From the NCBI RefSeq assembly GCF_009914755.1, contig NC_060937.1: a DNA stretch of 64,000 nt. The stretch is one strand, 5' to 3'. The stretch is from the human T2T-CHM13v2.0 reference genome, Homo sapiens. A model generated the notes under the pieces. The model worked only from the letters and a program-made list of their open reading frames with translations, was not told the DNA's origin and did no database searches. Below are positions 46,871-60,899 of this stretch, piece after piece (position 1 is the first letter of the stretch; each line of letters opens with the position of its first letter). The position numbers and the translations under genes were made by a program.

Positions 46871-47292
46871 TGCATTAGTCTGTTCTTGGACTGCTATAAA
46901 GAAATACCTGAGACTGGGTAATTTATAAAGAAAAGAAGTTTAATTGGCCCACAGTTCTGCAGGCTATACAGGAAGCATGATGCTGGCCATCTGCTCAGCT
47001 TCTGGGGAGGCCTCTGGAAACTTATCATCATGGTGGAAGGTAAAGGGGAAGTAGGCATGTCACATTGCCAGAGCAGGAGGAAGAGAGAGAGGGGGGAGGT
47101 ACTACACACTTTTAAAACCACCATATGTCTTGATAACTCACTCACTCACCATCACTAGAACAGCACTGAGCAGATGGTGCTAAACCATTCATGAGAACTG
47201 CGTCCCTATGATCCAATCACCTCCCACCAGGCCCCACTGGGGATTACAATTTGACATGTGATTTGATGGGGACACAGATCCAAAGCATATCA
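46871..47292 (-). mobile_element. MaLR solo LTR, MSTA/MSTB-like
   Basis: tgcattagtctgttcttggactgctataaagaaatacctgagactggg...gggacacagatccaaagcatatca. 5-bp TSD cctgg/cctgc. Confidence 0.9.
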
Positions 47293-47319
47293 CCTGCCTT
47301 TAAGAGTTTCCAGCCTTGG

Positions 47320-47612
47320 GGCCTGGCGCAGTGGCTCATGCCTGTAATCCCAGCACTTTGGGAAGCCAAGGCAGGCGGATCATGAGGTCAGGAGATCGAG
47401 ACCATCCTGGCTAACATGGTGAAACCCCATCTCTACTAAAAATACAAAAAATTAGGCGGGCGTGGGGGCGGGCACTGGTAGTCTCAGCTACTCAGGAGGC
47501 TGAGGCAGGAAAATGGCCTGAACCCGGGAATCGGAGCGCCCACTGCAAGCTCGCCACTGCACTCCAGCCTGGGCGACAGAGCAAGACTCCCTCTCAAAAA
47601 AAAAAAAAAAAA
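47320..47612 (+). mobile_element. AluY with an internal micro-inversion
   Basis: AluY diagnostics; TSD agagtttccagcctt on both sides. Confidence 0.94.
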
Positions 47613-47832
47613 TAGAGTTTCCAGCCTTACAGTAAGTGAGTAAAAATTGTCCCTTCCTGGCAGGTTCAAGAACCTAAAGACTGTAAGTAAAATCTAAAGC
47701 CTGGCTTGGTTTGATTTCTTAGGCTTAGGAAGTTAAGAAATTTGAGATTCCTATATGATCAATATGGAGAGAAAAAGTTATGTATCTGGGGAAAACTTTA
47801 ATACACCTGTGATTAGATTGCAGCCCTGTGAA

Positions 47833-48057
47833 TTTTTTTTTTTTTTTTTTTGAGACAGTGTCTCCTTCTGTCACCCAGGCTGGGGTGCAGTGGCACGATT
47901 TTGACGCTGCAACCTCCACCTCCAGGGTTCAAGCGATTCTCCTGCCTTAGCCTCCCAAGTAGCTGGGACTACAGGCATGCACCGCCACGCCTGGCTAATT
48001 TTTTTTGTATTTTTAGTAGAGACAGGGTTTCACTGTGTTAGCCAGGCTGGGCTTGAA
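47833..48057 (-). mobile_element. 5'-truncated Alu
   Basis: Poly-T plus reverse Alu ending at gccaggctgggcttgaa. Confidence 0.93.
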
Positions 48058-48173
48058 TTATTTTTAAGTTCTTGTTATCTGCCTGTATATTGGACTAGAT
48101 CCTGATTTCTTAATTTTCTTCAATATTTGGCTACAACTAAATCCCAGTAAAGTCCCTCAACCCTCCCCTCCTA

Positions 48174-48569
<396 letters not shown>

Positions 48570-48673
48570 CTAGGGGAATTAGATATTGAAGCTGGAGTCA
48601 AACCAGTCAGAGCTCTGGGACTCCACTTACCTTGCTTTCAATGTTCTCTTCCCAGAGTTCTCAATTCATCTAA

Positions 48674-48875
48674 ATGGCCAGGATAACCAATCGGCCTATG
48701 ACAGCTCCTAAATCTCTAGCTATTCCCTTCCAGCTGGGACCCCTCATTAGCAGTCATTGCTTTTTGCTTATCCTATTGGCTCCCATAACCCTCCTGGAAA
48801 GGGACTTCTTAGAAATCTGCCATGCCCAAATTTCTTTCTCCCAAAAGGGGGAAATAACGCTTGAGTTATCCTCAC
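48674..48875 (+). pseudogene. Retroviral protease C-terminal remnant
   Basis: ORF 48674..49090 contains HCFLLILLAPITLLERDFLEICHAQISFSQKGEITLEL, matching the conserved P-x-x-LLGRD-x-L protease C-terminal motif. No intact D-[ST]-G is visible. Confidence 0.7.
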
Positions 48876-49049
48876 CAGGAGATTTTGCCACAGACATGAC
48901 TTTTACCCAAATTAGCATCTTTTCAGTGAGCCTTAACAATGCTACCCAACCTGCTCTCCAAGAGCCACCAGAGAGTCTTTGGGCACAATCCAAACAGGTG
49001 GTGACCCCTCAGATTTTGATGATAGTTGTGGGCACTCTGAAGGATGCAA

Positions 49050-49620
49050 TTTACCTGGAGGGGTTAAGCCTAGTGAAGGAGCTAGGTTAGGAGGGCTTCC
49101 GGAGTCTTGGTTTGGATTAGGCCCTGCTTGGAATACATATATAATCAGAAGCCTCTCTCACATTATTAACAGAATTTCCCAACCCACCACCTGAGCCATC
49201 AGGGCACAACAGAGCTCCCTAGATTCCCCTCACTTGGGTGGTCCTAGACAACTGCATTGCTTTAGTCTAGCACCTTGTTGCACAGGGTGGTGTTTGTGCT
49301 GTTGCTAACATTTCCTGCTGCACGTGGGTAAATACTTCTAGTCAGGTTGAATTAGAGACATCTAAGATCCTAAAGCTGGACAAGTCTCTGAAAGGTACAT
49401 CTTCAGAAAGCCTCTTGGCTGGACTTACTGGAATAAGTTTCCAATTTCCAGATATTTTCAGCTGGCTCCTCCCAATATAGGATTTCTTTTGCCCTGTGAG
49501 TCTTAATGACCCTTCACATGTTTGGGCTAAGCATTTGGCTCCTCTTTAAAATTGTTCTAGCCTGTTTTAACAGATGTCTTCAAGAGAGTCCCACCAGAAT
49601 CATGCTGACCCAACACCTTG
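49050..49620 (+). pseudogene. ERV env TM remnant with ISD and intact CX6CC
   Basis: ...ESWFGLGPAWNTYIIRSLSHIINRISQPTT*AIRAQQSSLDS/LTWVVLDNCIALV*HLVAQGGVCAVANISCCTWVNTSSQVELETSKI...DIFSWL; carries stops and frameshifts. Confidence 0.88.
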
Positions 49621-49882
49621 ATAATTTAAACTCACTCCAGCCGGAAACTGGAACCAACTAAACCCAAAAGACTTTGATTCAAACTCAACAGGTACTTGAG
49701 GGCCTCTCATAAGTAAATGGCTCTAGTTGCTCAGCTGGCTACTTGCCCTGCCACTAGGATCCCTGCACAGGACTAGATGAACCTGGAGTAGACAGCAAAC
49801 CACCCTGGTGCTGTGATGGAATGCAACCAACCTATTCAATCATCAGTGCTGTCTGCGAACAGGTTTCAGGTGAGAGGGGGAA

Positions 49883-50372
49883 TATGAATAAATGTGAACC
49901 TGAAAGAGCCAATTCTTCAAGATGGATTCCATGTGACTAACCGAGCCTAATTTTTACATCAAGTCATTTGCTGACTACAGGTCACACATGTACTTGGAGT
50001 TCCCCAAAAAATCCACACCGCAGTTTAACTTTGGGACTCTCAGAGCTCACCTGCACAAACCAACCAGAGCTCACCTATTAACTTATCAGGGCTCAACCAT
50101 ATGGACCCATCAGGGATCAGCTGTATCAGCCAGTCAGAACTCAGCTGCATCAACCAATCAAAACTAAACAACTATGAATCCTTCATTTGCATAAACGGGC
50201 CTGATTAGGAACCTGGGTGGGAACTTCTCAACTATAAAACCTGAACCGTCCCTTTGATCTCTGGAATGCCCTTTTGTTTTACAGGGAAGCCTGCATCTCT
50301 CCAGTTTGCAAACTGTTCACTGGAATAAAGTCTCTTTGCCCCAAATTCCTTTTCAGAGAACTTTTGTTCACA
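49883..50372 (+). mobile_element. 3' LTR, MER101-like
   Basis: Follows the PPT. TATGAATAAATGTGAACCTGAAAGAGCCAATTCTTCAAGATGG, tandem ccaatcag units, octamer ATTTGCAT, TATAAAA, AATAAA, ending CTTTTGTTCACA. Confidence 0.8.
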
Positions 50373-50997
50373 GGGCTGTCACATGTCCTGCCTGTCACTG
50401 GCCACTGGACTTCCTGTGGTCTCACTGGCCCTGCCAAGTGAAGCCAAGACTGGTCGAGCTTCCTCATGGGGTGCCTTTCAAGTCCTCCTTCTGCTCACAT
50501 TAAGCAGCCCACTTTGTATTTTAAGGCGTGTCTCAGCCTGCCTAAAAGCACAGCCCTTTCCATTTCATATTTTAGTTGATGTTGCATCCAGAAAAGCAAT
50601 TTGGGACTCGATTAAACATTTCATTTCTCTTTATCATATTTCTTTGTTGTTCTCTCACTTCGGGTTCTTGTCTCAGTAAGGACCAGGTGCTGGGTAATGT
50701 TCAAGTGTGATACCAGGAGGGAGGTTGACTTGGGAGGTGAGAGAACCAACCTGCAATTGAAGTGTCATGTGCTAAGTCCACCATGATGTGCTTCTCTCCT
50801 CTGCTGCCATATTATTCATCCCTACCCAACCAGGAGGTCAGAAGAATTTGCTAGTGACAGTGAGATCCTTGGTCATAGAGATAAATTATTGTTTTAGGCA
50901 GTGACTTCATAGAGGGCCAGAGGGGACAGATAATAGTAAATACTCCTTTCGGATCAGCCACATTCGTCTTGTATTTGCTAAACTGGAATTGGCCAAT

Positions 50998-51414
50998 TGC
51001 AATGATTGAATCGTGTCCCCCAAAAAGGTATGTCCAAGTCCTAATCTCCAGTATTTGTGAATGTGTCCCTTTTTGGAAACAGAGTTTTTGCAGGTGTAAT
51101 TAAGCTGAAGATCTTGAGATGAGGTCATCTGGTGCCCTTATAAGAGAAAGGAGAGATTTGAGATACAGAGACATGGAGGAGAGAGCCCACAGGGGAAGGC
51201 CACATGGGCATGAAGGCAGAGACAAGCCAAGGAATGCCTGGAGCCACTAGAAGTTAAGAGAAAGGCATGGAACAGATTCTCCCTCAGAGCATCCAGAAGG
51301 AACCAACTTTGCCAATGACTCTTTGATTTCAGACTTCTAGCTTCCAGAGCTGTAAGAGAATAAATTCTGTTGTTTTGTTGTCATATTGAAAAGCAGCCCT
51401 GAGAAACTAATACA
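50998..51414 (+). mobile_element. MaLR solo LTR, MLT1B/C-like
   Basis: tgcaatgattgaatcgtgtcccccaaaa...acagattctccctcagagc...gaaactaataca. Confidence 0.85.
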
Positions 51415-51874
51415 GTACCCTCCTGGGACTCCAGGACCTGTCTTGGAGAAGGCCCTTGACTGAAGTCAGCAGACCAGGTTCCAGGCCCATCCTCCACAGA
51501 TTCTATCAAAGAGAATTTTACGCCAAATCCTAACCCATAAAAGCAGTCAAAGTGAAGTTTATGTGCTTGAAGCTTGGTGGCAGAGCTCTCTCTGGCAGCC
51601 CAGGCTGAAAAGCCTCAAACCCCACCCTCCCAGTCTCGCACTCCCCATAACTACCACCAAAGACACGCTCTTGCCTGAGGCACCTCCACAAATCTTGGGG
51701 ACCCCAAAAAAAGGCTGAAGTTACAGGTGCTGACATGCAGCCACTGCACCTGCCCTGACATTGGGCAGATGGAGCCCTGATGCTCAGATCCACCAGTGAC
51801 GATAGAATGGCCTCAGACAAGTAGTTGCCATTCTGAGCCTCAATCTTCTCACCTATAAAATGGGAATCCTGGTC

Positions 51875-52258
51875 TGCTATGGACTAAATTGTGTCCTCCC
51901 AAGATTCATAGGTTGAAGTTCTAATCCACAGTGTGACTCTCTCTGGAGATTGGGGCTCTAGGAGATAATTAAGGTTAAACGAGGTCACAGGGTGGCACCC
52001 TAATCTGATAGGAGTGTGGCTTTATAAGAAGAGGAAGAGAACTTTCTCTTTTTCTTTTTCTCTCCCTACCTTGTGAGGACACAGCAAGAAGGTTGGCTGC
52101 CTGCAAGTCAGGAAGAGAGCCCTCACCAGAATACAACCATGCTGGCTCCCTGATCTCAGTCTTCCAGCCTCCAGAACTCTGAGGAGCAAATTTCTGTTGT
52201 TTAAACCCACCTACTAGCTTATGTTTATTTGTCATCGCAGCACAAGCTGATTAACGCA
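51875..52258 (+). mobile_element. MaLR solo LTR, MLT1A/A0-like, inserted into a MIR
   Basis: tgctatggactaaattgtgtcctccc...gagagccctcaccagaa...caagctgattaacgca. MIR core on the left (ctgagcctcaatcttctcacctataaaatggg) continues on the right (ttggaggattaagtgag). Confidence 0.85.
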
Positions 52259-53417
52259 CCATCTCACTCAGTTACTTGGAGGATTAAGTGAGAAACACAG
52301 CTACCTGCAGCAGCCCATAGTAGGCACTAGGTAACAGATAAGGTAACCTCCTGTGTCCCCTTTTGTTTGCTCCCAGCCCTCCCCTATCTCATCTGGAAGA
52401 CCCTTCATCATTTGGCCTTGACACACCTGTTCGGCTTCACCTTCTGCCACTCCACTCCATGCATGCTTGTAATAAATGAATGCAGCCATGACTTTGCACA
52501 AGCAGGTCCTTCTGCTTAGATCACCTCTCCCTTTACTTTCTTTCTACACACCACACACATGTGCATGCATACACACACACACCCTCCACATCCTCCTGAC
52601 AGACTTCTACTTATCTTTCAAGATTGTCTCAAACAACACAGCAGAGTTGCTCTATATCTTCCCCCATGCATCGAGGCTGCGTGTCCATACCTCTCTGCCC
52701 CTGTTAGCCACACTAACCTGTGCATATGTTGAGAACACGCCTGCGGCAGGCCCTGTGGACAGGTGCTCTGGGGTAGCCATGGTCCTCCCTTGCCCTCAGA
52801 GCTGGGTCCTTTGTGGCAATGAATCATGCCTGCCCTGAATCCTTGCAGCAATTTCCTCCCTCAGCCAGGTGTTCGTCCAGGGTGTTATGTGACCTGATTT
52901 GGCCAGTGAGCTGGAAGAGGAGGCCAGCTTTTGCCCGGGAGATGGATGTTTTCACATGCGAGTGCGATGCTCAACCCTGCAGGGGTCATCTTGCCACAGT
53001 GAGTGACCTGAAGAGTCTCAGAGACACCAACACATTGTTGAACTGCTGACACAATTGTGGAATCCCTTACCACCACGCTTCTTGTTAAGTTTGGTGATAA
53101 ATATCTATATTATTTAAGTAATTGTAAGTTAGAAACTCTGTTCAACACAGTGCCCACCTCACATTACTGTTATGGAGATTGAGTGAGGCTGTGGCCCTGA
53201 CTGAGTGAGTTCTGATTGCTGAGTGCCGAGAAAAAGTGCCAAGGCTGGGCTGACCAGAACAGCTCTGGACTGCTTCACAGGACACGTCTGTGACAGAATG
53301 GCCTAACATTTCATCATTATGCTAACCCTCACAAAGATCTGTAAAGTACCTACTGTGTGAGGGTGGCCAAGTTTGACCTGAGTCAAGGATTCCTAACTTG
53401 ACTAGAAGGTAACTCCA

Positions 53418-54156
53418 TGTTTTATTAGGTTTGGGCTGTTATAACAAAGTACCATAAACTGGATGGCTTACAAACAACATAAATCTATTTCCCACAGTGC
53501 TAGAGGGTAGAAGTCTGAGATCAGGGCACCAACATGGGGCTCTCTTCTGGGTTGTAGACAGCTGATATGATTTGGCTGTGTCCCCACCCAAATCTCATCT
53601 TGAATTGTAGTTCCCATAATCCCCACATGTCATGGGAGGGACACTGTGGGAGGTAATTGAATCATGGGGGCAGTTACCCCCATGCTGTTCTCATGATAGT
53701 GAGTGAGTTCTCATGAGATCTGATGGCTTTATAAGAGGCTTTTCTGCCTTTGCTTGGCAGTTCTTCTTCCTGCCACCATGTGAAGAAGGATGTGTTTGCT
53801 TTCCCTCCCACCATGATTGTAAGTCTCCTAAGGCCTCCCCAGCCATGCTGAACATGAGTCAATTAAACCTCTTTCCTTTATAAATTAACCAGTCTTGGGT
53901 ATGTCTTTATCAGCAACTTGAGAATGGACTAATACAACAGCCATCTTCTCTTTGTCTCCTCATATGACAGAAAGAGGGCAAGAGAGTTCTCTGGGGTCCC
54001 TTTTATAAGGGCATTAACCCCATTCATGAAGGCTCCACCCTCATGACCTAATCACCTTCAAAGGCCCCACCTCCTAACACCATCACACTGGGGGTTAGAA
54101 TTTCAACACTTGAATTCTGGGGCAGGGGACAGGACACAAGTATTCAGTCCATAGCA
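53418..54156 (-). mobile_element. MaLR solo LTR (MSTC/MSTD/MLT1A-like) split by THE1
   Basis: ttgggctgttataacaaagtaccataaactggatggctta...cttttataagggcattaaccccattcatgaaggctccaccc...attcagtccatagca. Confidence 0.85.
53563..53936 (+). mobile_element. THE1 (C/D-like) solo LTR, nested
   Basis: TGATATGATTTGGCTGTGTCCCCACCCAAATCTCATCTTGAATTGTAG...GGACTAATACA. Perfect 5-bp TSD acagc. Confidence 0.93.
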
Positions 54157-54164
54157 CCTCATGA

Positions 54165-54554
<390 letters not shown>

Positions 54555-54575
54555 TTAAAAAGGTGGACATCAGAA

Positions 54576-55430
54576 TGTAATGTTGAGCGCCAAAAGATAG
54601 GAAAAAAACAGTGTTTTCCCTACTCTCACTCACTATTCAATGCAATTCTGACACCAGATGTGTAGAGTTTTTTCCCCCCACAAAACAAAAATCAGTTCTG
54701 CAGTGGACAGCAGCCCAGTGTTCTATAATTCAATTCAAGTCTGATCCTATCTACCTGGAGAAAGCATCTAATCCCACAGGTTGAGGGCTCAGTCCCACAG
54801 GACTGCCCCCACTGCAGATGCCAATCGCAAGCCCAAGTTATGGCCTGAGCTTCCGATGGACCAGCTATAGATTTTACAAGTCAGGGTTCCCAACACTCCC
54901 TCCTTGGGTTTGACTAATTTGCTAGAGTGATTCGCAGGACCCAGGGAAACACTTTACTTATGTTTACTTATTTATTTTAAAGGATGTTACAAAGGCTACA
55001 GATGAACAGCCAGGTGGAGAGATGCACAGGGCAAGGCAATGCAGGAAGAGCTCAGAGCCTCTGGGCCACCATCCCCCAAGAGCCTTCATGTGTTCAGCTC
55101 TCTGGAAGCTCCCTAAATTCAGTCCTTCTTGGTTTTTCTGGAGACTTCATTACATGGACATGATTGATTACAACATCATTAGTTGGTGACCAATTCAGTT
55201 CCTCCCTGCCCCATTGATGGAGGGCATGGCTGAGAGCCCCAACCGTCTAATCCTGCCTTGCTCTTTCTAGTGATCAGCCCCATCCTGAGGCTACCTGGGG
55301 ACCCCAGCCACCAGTCATCTCACTAGCATACAAAAATACACTCTTACCACTCCAGAGATTCTAAGGTTTTTAGCAATTATATTTCAGAAAATGGGAGATG
55401 AAGACCAAACATATATTTCAGAATATCACA
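54576..55430 (-). mobile_element. MER21-family solo LTR
   Basis: tctgacaccagatgtgt...tatctacctggag...cccacaggttgagggctcagtcccacaggactgccccc...gaagaccaaacatatatttcagaatatcaca. Confidence 0.85.
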
Positions 55431-55749
55431 GGTGCCTTCCAAGTCCCAAGGCTCCAGCCAATGAGGCTATTTACAGGTGAGGATTGGGCCTCCCTGCAAA
55501 GGGGTCAAGGTACTCACAGGCTACTGGATAAGTGCCCACTTGCCCCCCAAGGGCTCCTGACTTCCTCCTGTGAACATAAATCTACTCTTGTCTAATGATA
55601 AGGGAATCATGCATAAATGTGCATTGGGTAACATGGGGCCGTAGGTGAACACTGGACTGACATTCATGAGCCCCAGGCTTGGTTGTTGTTTTATCAATAA
55701 TAAACTGGGTCACTTTGGGAGGGTCCCACAGTGTCCCTGAAGCCCCTTT

Positions 55750-55885
55750 CTTCACTATAAAGTAACAGTCATATAACATAAATATGAGTATATGACCATA
55801 AAGTAACAGTCATTCCTTCACTATAAAGTAACAGTCATATAACATAAATATGAGTATATGACTATAAAGTTAACAGTCATATAAC
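55750..55885. repeat. Nested tandem duplication (66-bp period, four copies of a 19-bp core)
   Basis: cttcactataaagtaacagtcatataacataaatatgagtatatgac starts at 55750 and again at 55816. The core ac(t/c)ataaagtaacagtcat occurs four times. Confidence 0.92.
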
Positions 55886-55954
55886 CAAATTCGTATCCGG
55901 CGAATTTGAAACTGACTCCATCATTTGCTGTAACTTTGAACTAGTTACAACTTC

Positions 55955-56251
<297 letters not shown>

Positions 56252-57109
56252 TATATCTTTAACCTCCCAAAGCTTCCATTTTTCTTACATGTAAAGTAGG
56301 TGTGATCATAATCCTGACTTTGTAAGGTTTAGAAATAACTTATATAAATCATTAGCATTGGGCTATCCATGAAACAGGCACTTAAATAGCAGAAATTGTC
56401 ATCACTTCCAGTTGTATGAGTCTTAGCCTTGTGACAAAATTGTGAAACAGGGCACTGCTATCACTTTTAGACTCAAGGATCACAGATGCCTTGCTCAGTG
56501 GGGCTGGAGAAGCAAACCAGTGATAAATTTGGTGCTGAGCTCGTGCAGCAAGACCCAGACCCTGTGCTGCTGTCCAGACCAACGTCCCCTCCTGAAGAAG
56601 TGAGTTTTAAAAAGACATCCAGGTTGGAGCCATAATTAGAAATGACTGAGAGCCTTAAGCGAAAACAGCAAGCTTTTACTAATCAATAACAGTCATTTCT
56701 TTCAGAGAGAAAAGACAGATTTCAAAAGACATTGGAATTGGAAATGCATCCAGGATCCTCGGCCTGAGTGCTGAGAAGGTGTGGAAGTGTAGCCTAACAT
56801 TCCGAACTGGAAGCCGTCCCTCACTGCCAAGCAAGGTCACCACCAGGCAACTCCTCCCAACCTCCAACAATCCCCTCATTGGGAACCCTTAGCCTCTGCC
56901 TAGATACCCCAGGCCCAGTTTTCTCAAGAGACTTCTGGCATTTCGAAAGCAAACCATCTTTCACTTTTCTCTTCTGGATGAAAACTCTGATTTTTTAAAA
57001 AAGCTCCTTTTAAAGAGATTTCCATTGTGAACATCCTTACACCTGCACAAATGCACTCATCTGGCCAGTTGCTGTTCAGAATAACAGTGCCAGAGACAAC
57101 ACTCACCTA

Positions 57110-57423
57110 CACTCCTCCACCTCTTGTCCTGTCTCCCTCCTCCCCCGACATTAGGTTGGGGCTGCATGACTAGTGTGGCCAAAGAAATCTGAGCAGCAGC
57201 TTCGGGCTTCCACCCAGGCTGAGGTCATTAAGAGCTAGTGTGGCTCCTCCATCTCTTTCTTTCCCTGTCCTGGAGGCCTCCATCTCTCTCATCCTCTACA
57301 GAGGAGTAGCTGCAAGAAAGCAGAGAGCCACCGAACCCACATCAGGCTTTGAGAGTGAGATCTAAACCTGAGACTTGAAGGTTTGTCTACTGTGGCCGCT
57401 ACCATTAGTACCCGAACTAATAA
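57110..57423 (+). mobile_element. Old MaLR LTR fragment (MLT1H/I-like)
   Basis: ggggctgcatgactagtgtggccaaagaaatctgagcag...ttaagagctagtgtg...aactaataa. Confidence 0.5.
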
Positions 57424-57724
57424 TGTAGGGTCAGTTTTCAGACAGCCCCTTTCACATTCTCAGAAGCAGATGCAATTTTCTATCCCATGCTCACGTCTCA
57501 AGCTTGTATGGAGCCTCCACTGTGTGCCAGGCACTACTGGGATGGGGATTAAGAAGGTGAGTAAATCCCTCCCCGGCCTTCCCTAAAGGATTGTGCCATC
57601 TATTAGGGCAAGACAGACACATAATGAGCTCACACTCCCGGACAGATCTGTCTCGATGGTGTGGGCAAAGTAATGATCTCTGAAGAACTGTCTCCCGGCT
57701 CTCGTTTCAGCAAATCCAGAGTAA

Positions 57725-58127
<403 letters not shown>

Positions 58128-58384
58128 TATTAATGGATTCTTAATTCTTCATTTAATGAGCACATACTGACCCAGGCACATTCTTAGTGGAGATAGACCT
58201 CTCACCCCAGGAAAGACACAGTCAAGGAAAAGTTCAATAAGAAAATAAACTTCACAGGAAAGTGTTTGTTCTCTCAAGTTATGAAATAAAAAACAAAGCA
58301 GGCTTGAGGGGTCATTTGATACCTACTAGGTTGTAAAAAAAAAAGTATATACAGTTTTATACTGTAAAAAAAAATTATAAAACA

Positions 58385-58841
58385 TCTTTGTTAGTTTGCT
58401 AGGGCTTCCATAACAAAATACCACAAACTGAGTGGCTTAAACAACAGAAATTTATTGTCTCACAATTCTGGAGGCCAGAAGCCCAAGATCAAGGTGAGGG
58501 CAGGGCTGGTTTCTTCTGAGGACTGAGGCAACCTCAGCCCCAGGCTTCTGTCTCCAGCTTCTGGGGCTTCACGGGCAGTCTCTGTGCTCCTCGGTTTATG
58601 GATGCTTCACCCCATCTCTGCCTTCATCTGCAAGTAGTGCCCTCCCTGTCTGTGCACCTGTCTCTGCGTCCAAATTTCTCCTTTTTTGTAAGGACAGCAA
58701 TCATATTGGATTAGGGCCCACCCTAATGATCTCATCTTATTTTGGTCATCTGCAAAAACCTTATTTCCAAATAAGGTCACATTGAAAAGTTCTGGTGGTT
58801 TAAGCCTCAACATCTTTAGAAGACACAATCAAATCCTAACA
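58385..58841 (-). mobile_element. MaLR solo LTR, MLT1B/C-like
   Basis: ttagtttgctagggcttccataacaaaataccacaaactgagtggcttaaacaacagaaatttattgtctcac...ccttatttccaaataaggtcacatt. Confidence 0.85.
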
Positions 58842-59681
58842 ATACCGGCTCTGGCAATACTGAGTTGAAACTGGTCTGCTCACACAATGATGTCTGTAGC
58901 CGTAGAAATAGCTGTAAAATGTTAGGGAAGCAATATGGTAATGCGCAGCAGTAACTATCAAGATGAACAGCCTTTGGCCGAGAGGCCCCACTCCCAGGCA
59001 TGTATCTCACACCTGCTGTGCAGGTCAAATCAGGATGTTAGTCTCCCCAGGGGTACATAGCAGTGAGTGGAAAGGACTCAGTGCTGTGGGTTACAAACAT
59101 TTTTCCACACCCATCAATTTAATCATATTTCAATATATGTATATTTTATAGTCACCATTTATAGCCCTCCAATGTGCATTTTCTGTTGCTACTAGAACTT
59201 TGGTGGGAAAGTTTGAAAAGATCTGTCTTTGGGAAATAATTCAACATAAGCCAAAACCTCCAGATACAAAGATGATTACTGCAGCATTATTGTTATTCCC
59301 AAACTAGAAACAAGGACCCATTCCAGCTATTATTTGCCAAGCACCTTCTGTCTATCAGGCATTGTGCTAGGGCCTGGGGATGCAGTGGTAAAACATCATT
59401 CCTAGTCCCTATTTGCAAAGAGCCTGTGGCTTCCCATTGATGAATGTTTTAATACATTATATTCTTAACATATTAGTGTAACATGCAAGCACTAAATGGT
59501 AGCTAAGAAAAATGTAAATAACATTTAAAATTCATAAAGATTTAATTGAAGATGGCATATTATACTATAACTATTTGAAATATGCATGCTTCTTGACTTT
59601 TGTCTGTTTTGTTCACTTCTGTATCCCTGATGCTGAGAACAATACTTGGCATGTAGTAAGCGCTTAATAAGAATTTGGCAT

Positions 59682-59891
59682 TGACCAAAATGGTGAAACC
59701 CCATCTCTACCAAAAATACAAAAATTAGCTGGGCATGGTGGCGCATGCCTGTAATCCCAGCTACTCAGGAGGCTGAGGCGGGAGAATCACTTGAACCCGG
59801 AAGGCAGATGTTGCAGTGAGCCGAGATCATGCCACTGCAATCCAGGCTGGGTGACAGAGCGAGACTCTGTATCAAAAAAAAAAAAAAAAAA
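59682..59891 (+). mobile_element. 5'-truncated Alu inserted into an L2 3' tail
   Basis: Starts tgaccaaaatggtgaaacccc; TSD aagaatttgg. The L2 tail cttggcatgtagtaagcgcttaataa...gtgaactgaat flanks it. Confidence 0.93.
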
Positions 59892-60541
59892 AAGAATTTG
59901 GTGAACTGAATTAATATACTAAGGACTGGGAGGTTATGCGCAAAATAAAAATTATAAAAAGAAGCCATTGTTGTACTCGGGTCATAGAATCATGAGTATG
60001 TTTTCTTCCTTTTTTCCAAAAAAGAATTTTATGCAGCTGTTACTACAGTTTGTTGAAAATAAGATAATAATTTTTTAAAAAACCTAGATGTGTCTAGTAT
60101 TCATATATCAAAGGAATGCAAATCTTGAAAAATTGGAAAATAAAAGCACTATGGCTCTAGGATTTCCCCCTCCACCCCCCACCACCTCCGGGAGGCAGCC
60201 TTTGCAGGGTGCAGAGGTTAACGTGAGAAGTAATGAGCCCAAGCTAAGAAAGTGTCGGGGTCTCAAGGAAGGGCTGATTCTCCAGACATTCTCATCTTGC
60301 ATGCCCAATTTCTCTGCCCCAATTTTCCTAATGTTGCTTTGGGTTCTGCCCCACCTTTTTTTTTCTTGCTCTTCTAAAAGAGGAGTGAGACTTGTTATCC
60401 CACGATGGAGTGACTTCCAGACAAGTTTAGAAAAGCCTATCTTGAATAAGGAGCTGGTATGGTCAATTAGTTGTGACAGGAAGATGGCATTGCTAACTGT
60501 CCTGGCAAATGATATGCCTGCACAAATAAAAACCAAAATGA

Positions 60542-60891
<350 letters not shown>

Positions 60892-60899
60892 TCAGTCAA

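Noticed and set aside
49050-49620. Domesticated syncytin-like env gene
   Set aside because: In-frame stops (including within the ISD), frameshifts, and no SU or signal peptide.
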